Shown: positions 20,248-31,596 of the stretch, in pieces
Position numbering within the stretch: position 1 is the stretch's first letter
How the letters are laid out: each line of letters starts with the position of its first letter
Assembly (NCBI GenBank): GCA_963720565.1
Contig: CAVRFW010000002.1
Location: 1 to 64,000 of the forward strand
From: Candidatus Bathyarchaeota archaeon
GTDB taxonomy: Archaea; Thermoproteota; Bathyarchaeia; Bathyarchaeales; Bathycorpusculaceae
DNA length: 64,000 nt
Direction: 5' to 3'
Made by a program: the position numbers and the translations under genes
The notes under the pieces: model-generated
Seen by the model: the letters and a program-made list of their open reading frames with translations, nothing else
What the model was told of the DNA's origin: nothing
Databases searched by the model: none

Positions 20248-20993
20248 TTACTTTTTCTGCATCACGAAAAATTCATACCCAATATCGTCTGAATTTGCTT
20301 TGTAGGTTTCAATCTCTTTTTCTGAATTCTTAAGCACCTGCAAAGCAGTTTTGTTGTTGGGGTATTTCTTCTTCAATTCTGCTATCCGTTTTTCCAAGCG
20401 GAGAATAGTAATTGTCTATCCAAGCTAGTTTCGACAAGGTAAAATGAGCCAGCAAATGATAGTTTTCGCTTCGTATGAGAGCGATATTGGCCTTTACGTC
20501 TTTTACGTCAGGATAATCCTCTCAAAACTTCTTCGCCTCTGCTGGAGGATTCGACGTTAATAATACTCCCTCAGTCACTGCCAAATATCCCCCGCTCTTC
20601 AGGAGTTGATAACATTTTTTTAGGCCATTTTGAAATCCCATCTGGTAAAGGGCTCCTTCTGACCAGATAACGTCAAATGAGTTATCCTTGAAGTCCATTT
20701 CAAGCATCGATTGACTTGTTGGAAAAATCCGTTTGTCTACTCCTTGCTTGACTGCGTTTTGCATTAGGATTATCTAGAAATGGCTTAAAGTTATCCAAGG
20801 CGACAATTCTACCCTGGGTAATTCTTGCCAACTCGAGAGTCTGCATTCCCGGGCCGCATCCGATATCAAGAATGTACGGTTCAACTGGCAAATTCTTCAG
20901 ATATGAAAATGCTTTTCGAGTTGACTGGTTATCACCTGGTCCACCACGAGGCAGACCCCTATACAGCTTGTAAAAATACTCTATTCCTTCCAT
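20248..20993 (-). pseudogene. Class I SAM methyltransferase with several frameshifts
   Basis: LPRGGPG..ILDIGCGPG; FDVIWSEGA; later frames end in GYEFFVMQKK*. Confidence 0.8.
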
Positions 20994-21812
20994 GAATTCA
21001 CCTCTTTCAAAATGGAAAAACAGCACTAAATGTATATATGAATTGTCGAAACCGCTCTGAAAACTAAAAATAGAAACGGGTTCGTCGTTGAACTCAAGCG
21101 CAAATCCAGTTTAATTATGTTCGGAAAAAGGCCCAGGAAAAGCTACGAATTTCTTCGACAGAAGAGTAAAGCTGGAGAGGAGAGAGAAGTGACTTAGACC
21201 TAGTGCGATTTCGCTATCCATTCATCCCAGCATTTATCAGAACAGAACTGATACTGGTTAGGCGTTAATAGACTACCACATTGTCTGCACTTTTTTTCCG
21301 CCATTAGAGCTTCACCTCTCTTTGTTTTTTTCATTGCTTGAATGCCAGACTTGACTAATTAGGCATTCGCTGACCCTCGTCATAAGTCATAAAAAGTTGT
21401 CTCGTGCACTTCATTGAAAGGTGATATTTTTGTCAGTAACACGACAACTTGTGTGTCCCTTATGTTAAAACACAGATTTTGAGAAGCAAGAAGGATAGAT
21501 GGACAGTAAGTCGGGTGTTAGCTCCCACAAAATCATTTGGATGATGTGCAAGAAATGCCGTTTCATCATGAGTTTCTCGAAGGGACGCACAATATTCAAT
21601 TTCGACCAAGGCTCAGAATGTCTCCCCAGCTCGACATGGCACCGGTTACTACGATGAGCCCACACCTAAATGATGCAATCGCGTCTCGCTATCCGCAACC
21701 TTAGTAATAGAACAAGCGCGAATACTTGGGAGCAGGAAAGCCCCACTACAAACATATTCTGCCCCTCCAGGAAGACGGGGTTTTAATACTTCAGATAACA
21801 CCCTTGAGAGCC

Positions 21813-22676
21813 ATGATTGGAATCGCACTTGCAATGTTCTCCGCAACAGTGTCAGCTGTCGCCATCATTTTAGTTGGAAAAAACTCAAAAGAAACAAACA
21901 CGGTTGCAGTCAGCCTGATAATCTCCCTCACCGGCCTAATCGTTATTCTACCATTTGCAGCTGTACTCACTGACTTCTCAACACTCAACATAGAAGGCAT
22001 ACTACTATTCGCAGGAGGAGGATTATTGATGCCTGGATTGGTCAGGCTCTTCTACTACAGCGGCCTAAAGAAGCTCGGACCATCTGTCAACTCATCAGTG
22101 TTCTCCGTGTACCCAATTTACAGCGCCTTTTTCGCCGTTCTCTTTCTGAATGAACTCCTGACAGCTCCAAACTGGATCGGAGTAGCCACTATCGCCTCGG
22201 GAGTAATTCTCATAGAAATTAGTTGCCGAAACAACTCTTGCGTGAACAGCAGCTTCAAAGACTGGATTTTCCCAATATTAGGAGGGCTAACATACGGTTC
22301 ATCTGCCATCATTATGAAGACAGCCTTGAACATCTCCAACGCCCCAATTCTGGGAGTGGCAATCGCCAACTGCTTCGCATTAATACCGTACTTCGTGATT
22401 TTTGCTGCCCGGAAAACATCGCGAAGCAACCTTTCACTGCGAAAAGACCTAAGGCTCTTCTGGATAGCCGGAGTCGGGCAAGCAATATCCTGGATCCTAT
22501 CGTTTTACGCCTTGAGCATAGAAGCAGTTTCAATTGTTATGCCCTTGCTCTCTCTTGAACCATTATTCGTTATCCTGTTTTCTTTTCTGGTCTTAAAGCA
22601 ACAAGAGAATCTGTCGCTCAAGCTGGCGACAAGCATAGCAATCACGGTAATAGGAGTCATTCTCATCATTACCTGA
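21813..22676 (+). CDS. EamA/DMT transporter
   Basis: About 10 TM helices in two repeats; LFLNELLT..WIG, EPLFVILFS. Confidence 0.88.
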   Translation: MIGIALAMFSATVSAVAIILVGKNSKETNTVAVSLIISLTGLIVILPFAAVLTDFSTLNIEGILLFAGGGLLMPGLVRLFYYSGLKKLGPSVNSSVFSVYPIYSAFFAVLFLNELLTAPNWIGVATIASGVILIEISCRNNSCVNSSFKDWIFPILGGLTYGSSAIIMKTALNISNAPILGVAIANCFALIPYFVIFAARKTSRSNLSLRKDLRLFWIAGVGQAISWILSFYALSIEAVSIVMPLLSLEPLFVILFSFLVLKQQENLSLKLATSIAITVIGVILIIT

Positions 22677-22762
22677 CCACAACCCAATGTATCACAGCCT
22701 ATGCCCTCCTCTTCAAACGCCAGACCGCCCGTGTTAAAACTGTTGCGAAGCGCAATTTACTA

Positions 22763-22797
22763 AAATGGTGAATTTGGGTTCTCAAAAACAGTTATTT
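22763..22797 (+). repeat. 35-bp perfect inverted repeat, copy 2
   Basis: Identical to the reverse complement of 19717-19751. Confidence 0.85.
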
Positions 22798-22836
22798 CTT
22801 AACACAATCTTAGTCATATCTTGGAGAAGGAAAGGA

Positions 22837-22956
22837 TTGAAGGTAAACAAAAAAAGATTAACGCCCGTGCCTATTAGGCTGCTGTTCGCGCCGTTTTTGA
22901 TCATTGCCGGGCTTGTAGGTTGGTTTCTGTATTGCCTTGGGTTACCTAAGCGATAA
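22837..22956 (+). CDS. Small single-TM peptide
   Basis: MKVNKKRLTPVPIRLLFAPFLIIAGLVGWFLYCLGLPKR after a purine-rich SD. Confidence 0.5.
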   Translation: MKVNKKRLTPVPIRLLFAPFLIIAGLVGWFLYCLGLPKR

Positions 22957-23021
22957 TCCATTAATGTTGGTTTTATGCTACTGTTAAACTCTGAACAGGC
23001 TTAAAAAAGCACACTGAGCCG

Positions 23022-23991
23022 CTATCTAGTAGCGTAGAGGGCTTTCTCAGCCCACCTCGGGTCCTTCAGAAAAGCTCGACCTACCGCCACCAAATCAACT
23101 AACCCGTCGCGCACAAGCTTGCCAGCCTGTTCAGCCTGTGTTATTCGCCCTACGCCTATGACGGGAACCTTGACTGCCTGCTTGATCTGACTTGCCTGCG
23201 GGACAAAATAGCCTTTCACGCGCCGAAGCTGCTTGGGGTCAGACCCGCACATACCGCCAGACACATCAATCACGTCAACTCCCGCCTGCTCAAGCTTTAC
23301 CGCGAACGCTAGCAGACTCTTCTATGCTTATTCCGTCCGGATCTAAGTCATCTGCGCCCAACCTGTAAAGCAAAAGCCTACCGTCCAGTGCTTCACGGAC
23401 TCTCTCAACAACCACCAGAGGAAAACGAATTCTATTCTCCAATGAGCCGCCGAACTCGTCTTGCCGCTTGTTAAAGAGCGGCGAGAAGAACTGGTTAAGC
23501 AAGTAACCATGCGCCCCGTGAAGCTCAACCCCGTCGAAACCCGCCTTCACCGCTCGTCCAGCAGCCAAAGCAAACTCTTCAGCCACGGACTCCAACTCCG
23601 CCACCTGCAACGCGCGGCTCTTGTCACGTGCCGAAGGCCCAACTGGCTCACAGTTGATGATTGTTTTGTTCGCGATGCATCCAGCATGAGCAATCTGCAA
23701 AACAGCAGGAGCGCCAACCCCATGAATCGAACTCGCAAGCCTGCATAAACCAGGGATTAGAGCATCATCATAAATCCCCAGTTGCTTCGCACCCAACTTC
23801 CCAACCATAGAAACATATGCGTGCTCAACAATCGGCAAACCCAATGAGCCACAGCGCACAACGTAAAAGTTAACAAGCCTACTTGTCACAGCACCCTCAA
23901 GGGTTGCCCGACCACTCTGCATCGGGGGTAAAGCAATGCGATTCCTAAAAGTAACACCCCTCACACGCAAAGGATCACTAAGCCCTGGCAA
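23022..23991 (-). CDS. NADH:flavin oxidoreductase (old yellow enzyme), frameshift near 23300
   Basis: RNRIALPPM, AGFDGVELHGAHGYLLNQFFSP, DLVAVGRAFLKDP. Confidence 0.9.
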
Positions 23992-24144
23992 ACCCCAAAC
24001 ACCAATCCGATAAAAGACAAGAGTGAAGCTATAAGAACATAACACTCCCAGTGGATGCTCGCTCACTTGGGCAAAACTTGTTTCCGGTTTTGAGGATAGA
24101 TTGTTGCTATACTTCAGGAACCATAGAGGAACTTCGCGATTAGA

Positions 24145-24306
24145 CTAGTGCGCCGTCGCGTTTCCAAATAATGTTTTGCTCAGTAAACAGCTAGGACAAA
24201 CTGGATCACTTATGCTCGCACCTTCTGAAGCTATCATGCGGTATCGCTCAACGTCTTTTCTTGCTAGCTTGCAACCGCAGAGACGACACTTCTTTCTCTT
24301 AGTCAT
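24145..24306 (-). CDS. 53-aa zinc-finger microprotein (not in ORF track)
   Basis: MTKRKKCRLCGCKL..PVCPSCL; degraded copy at about 36603-36659. Confidence 0.6.
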   Translation of the reverse strand: MTKRKKCRLCGCKLARKDVERYRMIASEGASISDPVCPSCLLSKTLFGNATAH

Positions 24307-24316
24307 TTTTCTATCT

Positions 24317-24418
24317 CAGCGCGCTATTGGGCAGGAAGGTTAGGGATAGCAGGATAATTCCTTGCTACCCAACCTAACAGCTATGAAGATGCCGGAACAA
24401 CCGACAATAGCGCTGTGT
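24317..24418 (-). ncRNA. Candidate structured leader RNA
   Basis: 9-bp closing stem 24321-29/24405-13 encloses hairpins 24337-75 and 24391-24405. Confidence 0.35.
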
Positions 24419-24460
24419 AAATTAACGTGTGGCTTTTTCGGCTTAAGAAGTTTAGGAATT

Positions 24461-25141
24461 TCAAGTAAAGATTTCTGGCGCGACATGGCTACTTTCGCGC
24501 GCTTCCCGAAGCGCTGTCAAACTATCTGATAAAGCACAGGGTAAACCACGAGTCCAACTGCAACTGGAATTAGCGACCCCGCAAGAGTTTGCATGAACGT
24601 GTGCTTCTTCAACCTTATTCTTAGACCAACTCACCAACACAATGAGCAGGGACAAAGGCAAAACAATGACGCCGAACACAAAAATAAGTGCAAAAACGGG
24701 ACCTGCCACGCCAGCAGAATGAACACTCACCTTCCAGAACCTGTTAACAAGCAAAAGAATTACCGTTACAAACGTGTAACACAAAGCAAGCAGAAACAGT
24801 ATTTTGGTGTTTGTAGCAAAGAAAACTGCCGCCGCAATAGAATAAAGGGCTATCGCTATCAGAAAAAACGGCGTTCTCGACTCTTTCTTTGAAACGTACA
24901 AATCAACAACTTTCTTTCTGTAAAAAAAGAGCACTGGCAAAAAGGGACAGAAAGCAAGCAGAGAAAAACAGAGCAGAATGCTCAAAGGAGGATAAAGCAA
25001 ACCTAGGCCAATAGGCGACCACAGAGAAAAACAAACAGCCGCTACTATGGCAATGGTCGGGGGAGAAACGAATTTTGAAACAAAATCCGCAAAATCATGA
25101 CCAATATCTGCTTGCGAACTCTTTTCACCGTTAAACGACAT
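24461..25141 (-). CDS. PAP2-like membrane protein, C-terminus probably frameshifted
   Basis: Six TM helices; WKVSVHSAG motif. Confidence 0.7.
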   Translation of the reverse strand: MSFNGEKSSQADIGHDFADFVSKFVSPPTIAIVAAVCFSLWSPIGLGLLYPPLSILLCFSLLAFCPFLPVLFFYRKKVVDLYVSKKESRTPFFLIAIALYSIAAAVFFATNTKILFLLALCYTFVTVILLLVNRFWKVSVHSAGVAGPVFALIFVFGVIVLPLSLLIVLVSWSKNKVEEAHVHANSCGVANSSCSWTRGLPCALSDSLTALREARESSHVAPEIFT

Positions 25142-25356
25142 TGACAGCTCAACAATAATATGGAGTTAATAAGGATACGCCTTTTTCACAACAGAAACTT
25201 CAAGTCAATGACAAAAGCAAAGATAGGGGGTTTATTTTTTCTTCTGCCTTCAGCACATTAGAGCGCGCGGCAAGTTGGAAGAACCAATCTCCAATTTTAG
25301 TAATGGTTTATAACTTGGCAAAGTACCAGCTGATAAACAAAAGGGGATTTAAAGGG

Positions 25357-26334
25357 GTGTTAGAGCCACTAGGAATAGCAGGGAACATAGCCGTTCTTAT
25401 CGCCTCATTGGTCCTTCTAATGAAGGCCAGCAACCTGACAATCACAAATTCAGTTAACTTGGCAAGTGTAACCGGCTTGGGAAAGACAAAAATCGGTTTC
25501 CTACTTGTCGCCTTTTCAACCTCTCTTCCAGAGCTTTTCGTTGCCGTATTTGCCATTTGGAACCCACAGGCAATTGGCATTTCGGTTGGCAACGTTCTAG
25601 GGTCAAACGTGGCAAACATATGCCTAATACTAGGAATAGGCTTCATCATAATGGCGATGAAATATCCTGAGAGTGCAGGATTCTTCACCAAGATGGCCAG
25701 CGATGAAGTGGGGAGCCTGAATTTTGGATTACTTGTTTCATCACTGGTTCCTTTGATTTTGCTTTTTATGGGCTATGCAAGCCAAATAGTAGGAGTCTTT
25801 CTTGTAGCCCTCTTTGTTTACAATACATACGAGCTTGCTAAGAAAAAAGGAACTGTAGAAGAAATATCTGATGAAGCAGAAAAACATGAACTTGGAAAAT
25901 ATGCTGCAAAATCTGTCTTTGGGATTATTGGAGTTGTAGCCTGTGCCTATGTTATTGTGGAGTCAGCGTCTTTTTTGGCGTTAAGTGCAGGAATTCCCTC
26001 AGTAATTATTGGAGGCACTATAGTAGCTTTTGGAACCAGCGTTCCAGAACTTGCAACAAGCATATCTTCTGTGAGAAAAGGGTTTTTGGACCTTGCTCTT
26101 GGAAACGTCATAGGAAGTTGTTTCCTAAACATAACTTTGATTTTGGGCTTGACTTTCCTGATATCTCCTGTTAACGTGAACATTTCGGCTTTCTCTGCCT
26201 TAGTTTTCTTTTCATTACTGTCCACCATTATGTTAACCTACATAGTGCAGAATGCGAAAGTACGTAGGCGTGAAGGAATAATCCTGCTCGTTGTTTACTT
26301 AATATTTCTGGCAACAAGCTTCGGTAGTGGCTGA
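25357..26334 (+). CDS. Na+/Ca2+ antiporter (CaCA, YrbG type)
   Basis: AFSTSLPEL, GNVLGSN, AFGTSVPEL, GNVIGS. Confidence 0.92.
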   Translation: MLEPLGIAGNIAVLIASLVLLMKASNLTITNSVNLASVTGLGKTKIGFLLVAFSTSLPELFVAVFAIWNPQAIGISVGNVLGSNVANICLILGIGFIIMAMKYPESAGFFTKMASDEVGSLNFGLLVSSLVPLILLFMGYASQIVGVFLVALFVYNTYELAKKKGTVEEISDEAEKHELGKYAAKSVFGIIGVVACAYVIVESASFLALSAGIPSVIIGGTIVAFGTSVPELATSISSVRKGFLDLALGNVIGSCFLNITLILGLTFLISPVNVNISAFSALVFFSLLSTIMLTYIVQNAKVRRREGIILLVVYLIFLATSFGSG

Positions 26335-26473
26335 ATTCTACAAAAAGCTCATTTCTGAACCTTTTCTAATTACAGTCTCCATTTCTCATTTTTCACTCCA
26401 AACAGTCCAAGAAGCCCGCTACGTCAAGTTCAAAACTTAAGTTTTTATCACAGTACCCCCATTTAATTCCGCC

Positions 26474-26848
26474 ATGCAAGACTCAACGCATAAGATTTTG
26501 GTGGTTCTAACCACACTAACAATTATTGGCGAAATTGCCTCAATTGCGCTGTGGATCGTAAACCCGCCTTTAGGAGCCAATCCTAATGCTCGCTTCACCT
26601 TGGCTGTTGACTACACAATAGCAGTCGCCAATGCTGCTGTTTTTGTGGTTCTAAACCTTATTGCGTTAGTCTGGGTCATTCGAAGAAACAAAATGGGCTC
26701 CATTTTCCTCATTGTAGTTTCGATCATCAATAGGATAGTCTCACATCCAATTTTCATAGGAGGCGCCCACTTAGTTTTCATATCATGGACTGTGCTGCTG
26801 ATAATCCTCGCCTACCTTGACCACAGAAACCTATCAAAACAGCTTTAA
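26474..26848 (+). CDS. Four-TM hypothetical protein
   Basis: Hydrophobic 124-aa ORF. Confidence 0.65.
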   Translation: MQDSTHKILVVLTTLTIIGEIASIALWIVNPPLGANPNARFTLAVDYTIAVANAAVFVVLNLIALVWVIRRNKMGSIFLIVVSIINRIVSHPIFIGGAHLVFISWTVLLIILAYLDHRNLSKQL

Positions 26849-27207
26849 CATTTTCGTTTCAACATTCCGAGACTTGGTGCGCTCTGCTCTAAGTTTAGGT
26901 TTCAACTGCACGCGCTCAATTCAAGACCAAAGACATGGGTTCTTCCTCTTTTGGGTGTTGTGCGGTAGGAATCTTGACCAGCTGCTTGCTAACATGAAAG
27001 AATCTGAAAAGCCAATGAAAAAGTGAAAAGAGACGGCGTGCAACTTCGATCTCAAAAATCAATGCTTGGTGTAAATTGTCGGTCGATTTTTTAGCGATGT
27101 AGAACTTCGGATATGTTTTTCTATATTTGTGTTCAGCAAAGGCTTATAGCAAACGCAAAAAATATCATTCTTGCTTCTTCTAAAGGAGAGAAGGGAGAGA
27201 AGTTAGA

Positions 27208-29291
27208 TTGAACGAGAAACATTTGGAGGGCTCTTGCGCAAAGAAGATGGCTGTACTTACAATACTTGCCATTCTGATTCTGTTCGCCACCGCTCTTTCC
27301 ACACAAGTACCAGAAGTCAAAGCAGCTGTCGGCGACAACCACAGAATCGACGCAGGGTACTATAGAGCATTAATAAGTAATCGCCATGACCAGTCCTCGG
27401 ATGGGGAGTGGCATTTCAAAATCACAAGTCCAGCAGGAACATATTACGAAACAGACGAAATACAAGTTGGCAACGATGCATATGCCGACTTCGATTTAAG
27501 TGTTGATTGGCTTGTTGGAGCCGACACCACCTTTGAATGCTCGGCTTGGGAAATGGACACTGATGGGCTGGATTACGAATCTTCCATAACCGTGTCCATT
27601 GCGCTTCCGGGAACTAACCTGAACGACTGGGTCACCGATTCAACCCGCAAGGGAGACGTAACGCATTACTACAGATATCGGATGGAAAATCGCCTTCCCG
27701 TTTTGGATTCTCTCACAGGACCCTCAAACGGCTACTACGACGTGGATCACGTGTTTTCTGCCTCAGCCTCTGACGCCGACGGCGACTCGGTCACTTACGA
27801 ATGGAAAGTAGATGGCACAACTCAACCATCAACAAGCTCAACACTCACTTACCGATTTACAGACGAAGCATCCGGCGACCACACAATCTCCGTGAGAGCA
27901 AAGGACGCTCTGGAGAATTTAGCTCTTGGAAAGAAGCTTCCTTTGATCTTCGCACGCGCCCGCTCGTTGCAACTCCAACCTTTAGTCCTGCGCTGGCACA
28001 TATTCTTCTCCTCAACATGTAGTGCTCAGCTGCGCTACCTCCGACGCAACAATAAGATACACAACAGACGGCACCAACCCTACAGCATCATCGACCCCGT
28101 ACGCTAATCCCGTCCAAGTAAGCTCCACAACCACCATCAAAGCCAAAGCATTCAAAACCGACATGACAGACAGCGAAACGGCCTCAGCAGAATACACCAT
28201 CAAGCCCAAGATTGCAACGCCCACATTCGATCCTGACGCTGGCACGTATTCTTTACCTCAGAGCGTGACCCTCAGCTGCACAACCAGCGACGCAACAATA
28301 AGATACACAACAGACGGCACTACACCAACAACCTCATCAACAGTGTACTCCAGTCCCATACCGGTTAGTTCAACGATTACGATTAAGGCCAAAGCTTCAA
28401 AGACGGAATGACAGACAGCGACGTAGCCTCTGCAACGTACACCATCAAGCTCAAAATCGCAACACCAACAATTAATCCTCCCGCCGGAACCTACGCCTTG
28501 CCCCAGAGCGTGACCCTCAGCTGCACAACCAGCGACGCAACAATAAGATACACAACAGACGGCACTAACCCTACAACCTCGTCAACAGCGTACTCCAATC
28601 CCATACTGGTGCGCTCCACAACCACGATCAAAGCCAAAGCATTCAAAACCGACATGACAGACAGCGACGTAGCCTCTGCAACATACACCATCCAGTCCAA
28701 AATTGTAGCCCCAACATTCTATCCATCTGGTGGCACATACTCCTCAACACAGAGTGTCACCATAAGCTGCACAACCAGCGACGCAACAATAAGATACACA
28801 ACAGACGGCACTACACCAACAACCTCATCAACCGTGTACGTCCAGTCCCATACCGGTTAGCTCCACGATTACGATTAAGGCCAAAGCATTCAAAGACGGA
28901 CATGACAGACAGCGACGTAGCCTCTGCAACATACACCATCAACATAGTAGGCCCAACGCCGACGCCTACTCCAACGGTTGCACCTACTCCCACTCCGACA
29001 CCAACACCGACTCCAACAGGTGAACCAACTCCCACGCCAACTCCCACAACTGAACCCACTCCAACTCCCACGCCATCGCCTACAGGCAGCCCGACGCCCA
29101 CTCCTTCTCCAACACCAACAACCAACCCCACTCCAACGCCGACTCCAACACCCACACCAACTCCAACGCAAACCCCGTCACCCCAACCAGAGACAGAAAC
29201 ATACTACTTTCCTCCCCAAGGCTTCTACGCTATTGCCATCATCGGAGTAGCAATCATTACAGCCATAACCATCATAATCCTAAAGAGATAA
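27208..29291 (+). CDS. Surface protein: N-domain, PKD/Ig domain, four chitobiase-C/Fn3-associated repeats, PT linker, TM anchor; several frameshifts
   Basis: Signal peptide; [13 protein letters not shown]; four [12 protein letters not shown] repeats across successive ORFs; (PT)n; IIILKR. Confidence 0.8.
27967..28940 (+). repeat. Four tandem coding repeats of about 246 nt
   Basis: Core cgacgcaacaataagatacacaacagacggcac recurs near 28040, 28286, 28531, 28777 (spacing 246/245/246). Confidence 0.9.
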
Positions 29292-29325
29292 AAGAAATAA
29301 ATAGAGAGATAGGAGAAAAAGTGAA

Positions 29326-30659
29326 ATGAAGAAAGAAATCTTGAACAATCCCTATGGAAAGAAGACAGCTGCGCTCACAATTCTTACGATGCTGATTGTA
29401 GCTGCTACACTTCTAGGTACTCAAACCCCAGAAGCTAAAGCAACCGTTGGCAGCAACCACAAAATCGAAGCAGAATATTATAGAGCATTAATACACGACG
29501 CCCACGACCCAGACGACCCTGGCGAGTGGTTTTTCAAGATTACCGACGCAGAAGAAGTACCTTACATGACAAACGTGGAGATTTCGGTTTCGAGTGGCAA
29601 CTATGCCGACTTCAATTTGCACTGTGAGTGGACCATTACAACAAGCACCCATTTTAAATGCTGGGCCGGAGAAGATGACGGACCCGGCTACGATTACGAG
29701 TCTTCCATAACGGTGCAAGTAGCGTTTCCAGGGTCAACCTTCAACCAATGGATCACCGGTTCAGCCCAACAAGGAGACGTAACACATTATTACAGATACC
29801 AGATAATCGATCAACTTCCTGTTTTGAGTAATCCTTCGGGACCCTCAAGCGGATACTACAACGTTGTCTACTCTTTCACCACCTCGGCCACCGACGCCGA
29901 CGGCGATTCGATTACCTACGAGTGGAAAGTAAACGACGTAACCCAAACATCGACAACCTCAGCACTCACCATGCAGTTTGGAGAAGAAGATGCGCCCGGC
30001 GAATACACGATCTCGGTCAGAGCAAAAGACGGCGTGGGACAATATAGCGAATGGAAAAACGCGACCTTTAATCTTAGAGCACGCGCTGCCACCCCAACCT
30101 TCAATCCCACTGCCGGCACATACACCGAAATCCAAAATGTAACGCTCAGCTGCGAAACCATTGCGGCAAACATTAGATACACGACAGACGGAAGCACGCC
30201 CACAGCTTCATCCACCTTGTACTCGGGTCCAATCACGGTAAGCCATACAACCACGATAAAAGCCACAGCCTACAAAGACGAAATGACCGAGAGCTACTCG
30301 GCCTCAGCCACCTACACAATCAATTTACCCGGTCCAACTCCAACCCCGACACCCACACCCCACCAACACCTACCCGACCAACCCCAACACCCACACCCGC
30401 ACCAACCGATTCTCCTACCCCAACACCCACACCAACAACACCAACCCCAACAGCTGAACCCACTCCCACGCCATCACCTTCTCCAACACCAACAACAAGC
30501 CCAACTCCAACGCCAACCCAAACACCAACCCCAACGCCTGAACCAACAGAAACAGCAACAAACAAAATTACCCCGGAAGCTTTCATCTCCTTTGGCATCA
30601 TCGGAATAGCAGCCATAGTTGCCATTGCCCTTATAATGCTTAAAAGACGGAAGAAATAG
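29326..30659 (+). CDS. Tandem paralog of 27208..29291 with one repeat; frameshift in the PT linker
   Basis: Shared [34 protein letters not shown] ending LKRRKK* in the shifted frame. Confidence 0.8.
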
Positions 30660-30859
30660 CACAGACGCATACCACTTATTGTCTCTTTTTGAGGTTACCG
30701 CAAATTCCTGATTCGATTCCTCCGCACGGAAACAACTTCAAAACTTGCCAAGACGAGCGGAAGAAGAAGGAAAAACGTGCGCATTTAATCTCCTTAGGAT
30801 TAAACATGCCTGCTGACTGCAGATGTTCCAGGTTTTTTTGCCAGTTTCTTCTTTGTTTG

Positions 30860-30990
30860 TTTGATTGTAGTTGCACGAATTCAGTTTTAACTTGTTTTAG
30901 CGAGATTATCGAGCTAGTGTTTTCAATGCCTTTTTCTTTTGAAATGACATTCTTCAAGAACTGGTAGTATTCATCTTGATCCGTCACCGC
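30860..30990 (-). pseudogene. Remnant of an Lrp/AsnC ligand-binding domain
   Basis: VTDQDEYYQFLKNVISKEKGIENTSSIISLKQVK with no HTH. Confidence 0.5.
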
Positions 30991-31123
30991 GCGCGTCGGG
31001 AATAACCCACCTTGCTGAAAAGTTTGAGGCAATATTTGAAAAAAATACGTCAGCTTCGCCTAAAAAACCATCTATGAAAAATTTATATACTAAGAGCAAA
31101 ACCATTTGAATTGAGGCATAAAT

Positions 31124-31459
31124 ATGTCATTTCAGATGTTCTCGCAAGATGGTTTAGACACTATTTTTTGGGGTTTCGTTCTGCTGCTGGTAGGATCGTT
31201 GATGTCGGTACTGGCTATTGTACACATAGCTTTCGCCATTGTAGGGGCAATCATAGCACTCATTGGATGGCTCATAAGCGTCATGGGTGTGTCAGCTCTA
31301 AGAAGAGATTATCGAGCTAGAGTCCAAAGGAGAGAAGCTTCGCCTCCGCCTCCACCGCCCTCTGGAACAACGCCGACTTGCCCAACTTGCGGAGGAGCTT
31401 TGACCTTCGTCCAACAGTATCAAAGATGGTATTGCCCAGTTGACCAGAAGTATGTTTAA
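31124..31459 (+). CDS. Two-TM protein with poly-Pro and C-terminal QYQRWY zinc ribbon
   Basis: SPPPPPPSGT..CPTCGGALTFVQQYQRWYCPVDQKYV. Confidence 0.8.
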   Translation: MSFQMFSQDGLDTIFWGFVLLLVGSLMSVLAIVHIAFAIVGAIIALIGWLISVMGVSALRRDYRARVQRREASPPPPPPSGTTPTCPTCGGALTFVQQYQRWYCPVDQKYV

Positions 31460-31596
31460 AGCCTGAACCCCAAAAACTTTTTTCTACATTGCTAGCTGGG
31501 TGAACCATGTGGTGCTAACCTGGGTCTATTGTAGGCTTTGCATATCTCCGCTTACTCTTTTCGAAAAGCTTAAACGCACTTCTTCCTGAACAGTGA

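Noticed and set aside
20960..20974. TATACA-GCT-TGTAAA resembling the Lrp operator
   Set aside because: One mismatch and inside a coding region
27967..29190. Regular repeats as a possible CRISPR array
   Set aside because: Units are 246-nt coding domains plus a Pro-Thr linker; no unique spacers or cas genes
28811..30670. Antisense VGVGVG ORFs (28811..29155, 30320..30670)
   Set aside because: Shadows of the plus-strand PT linkers
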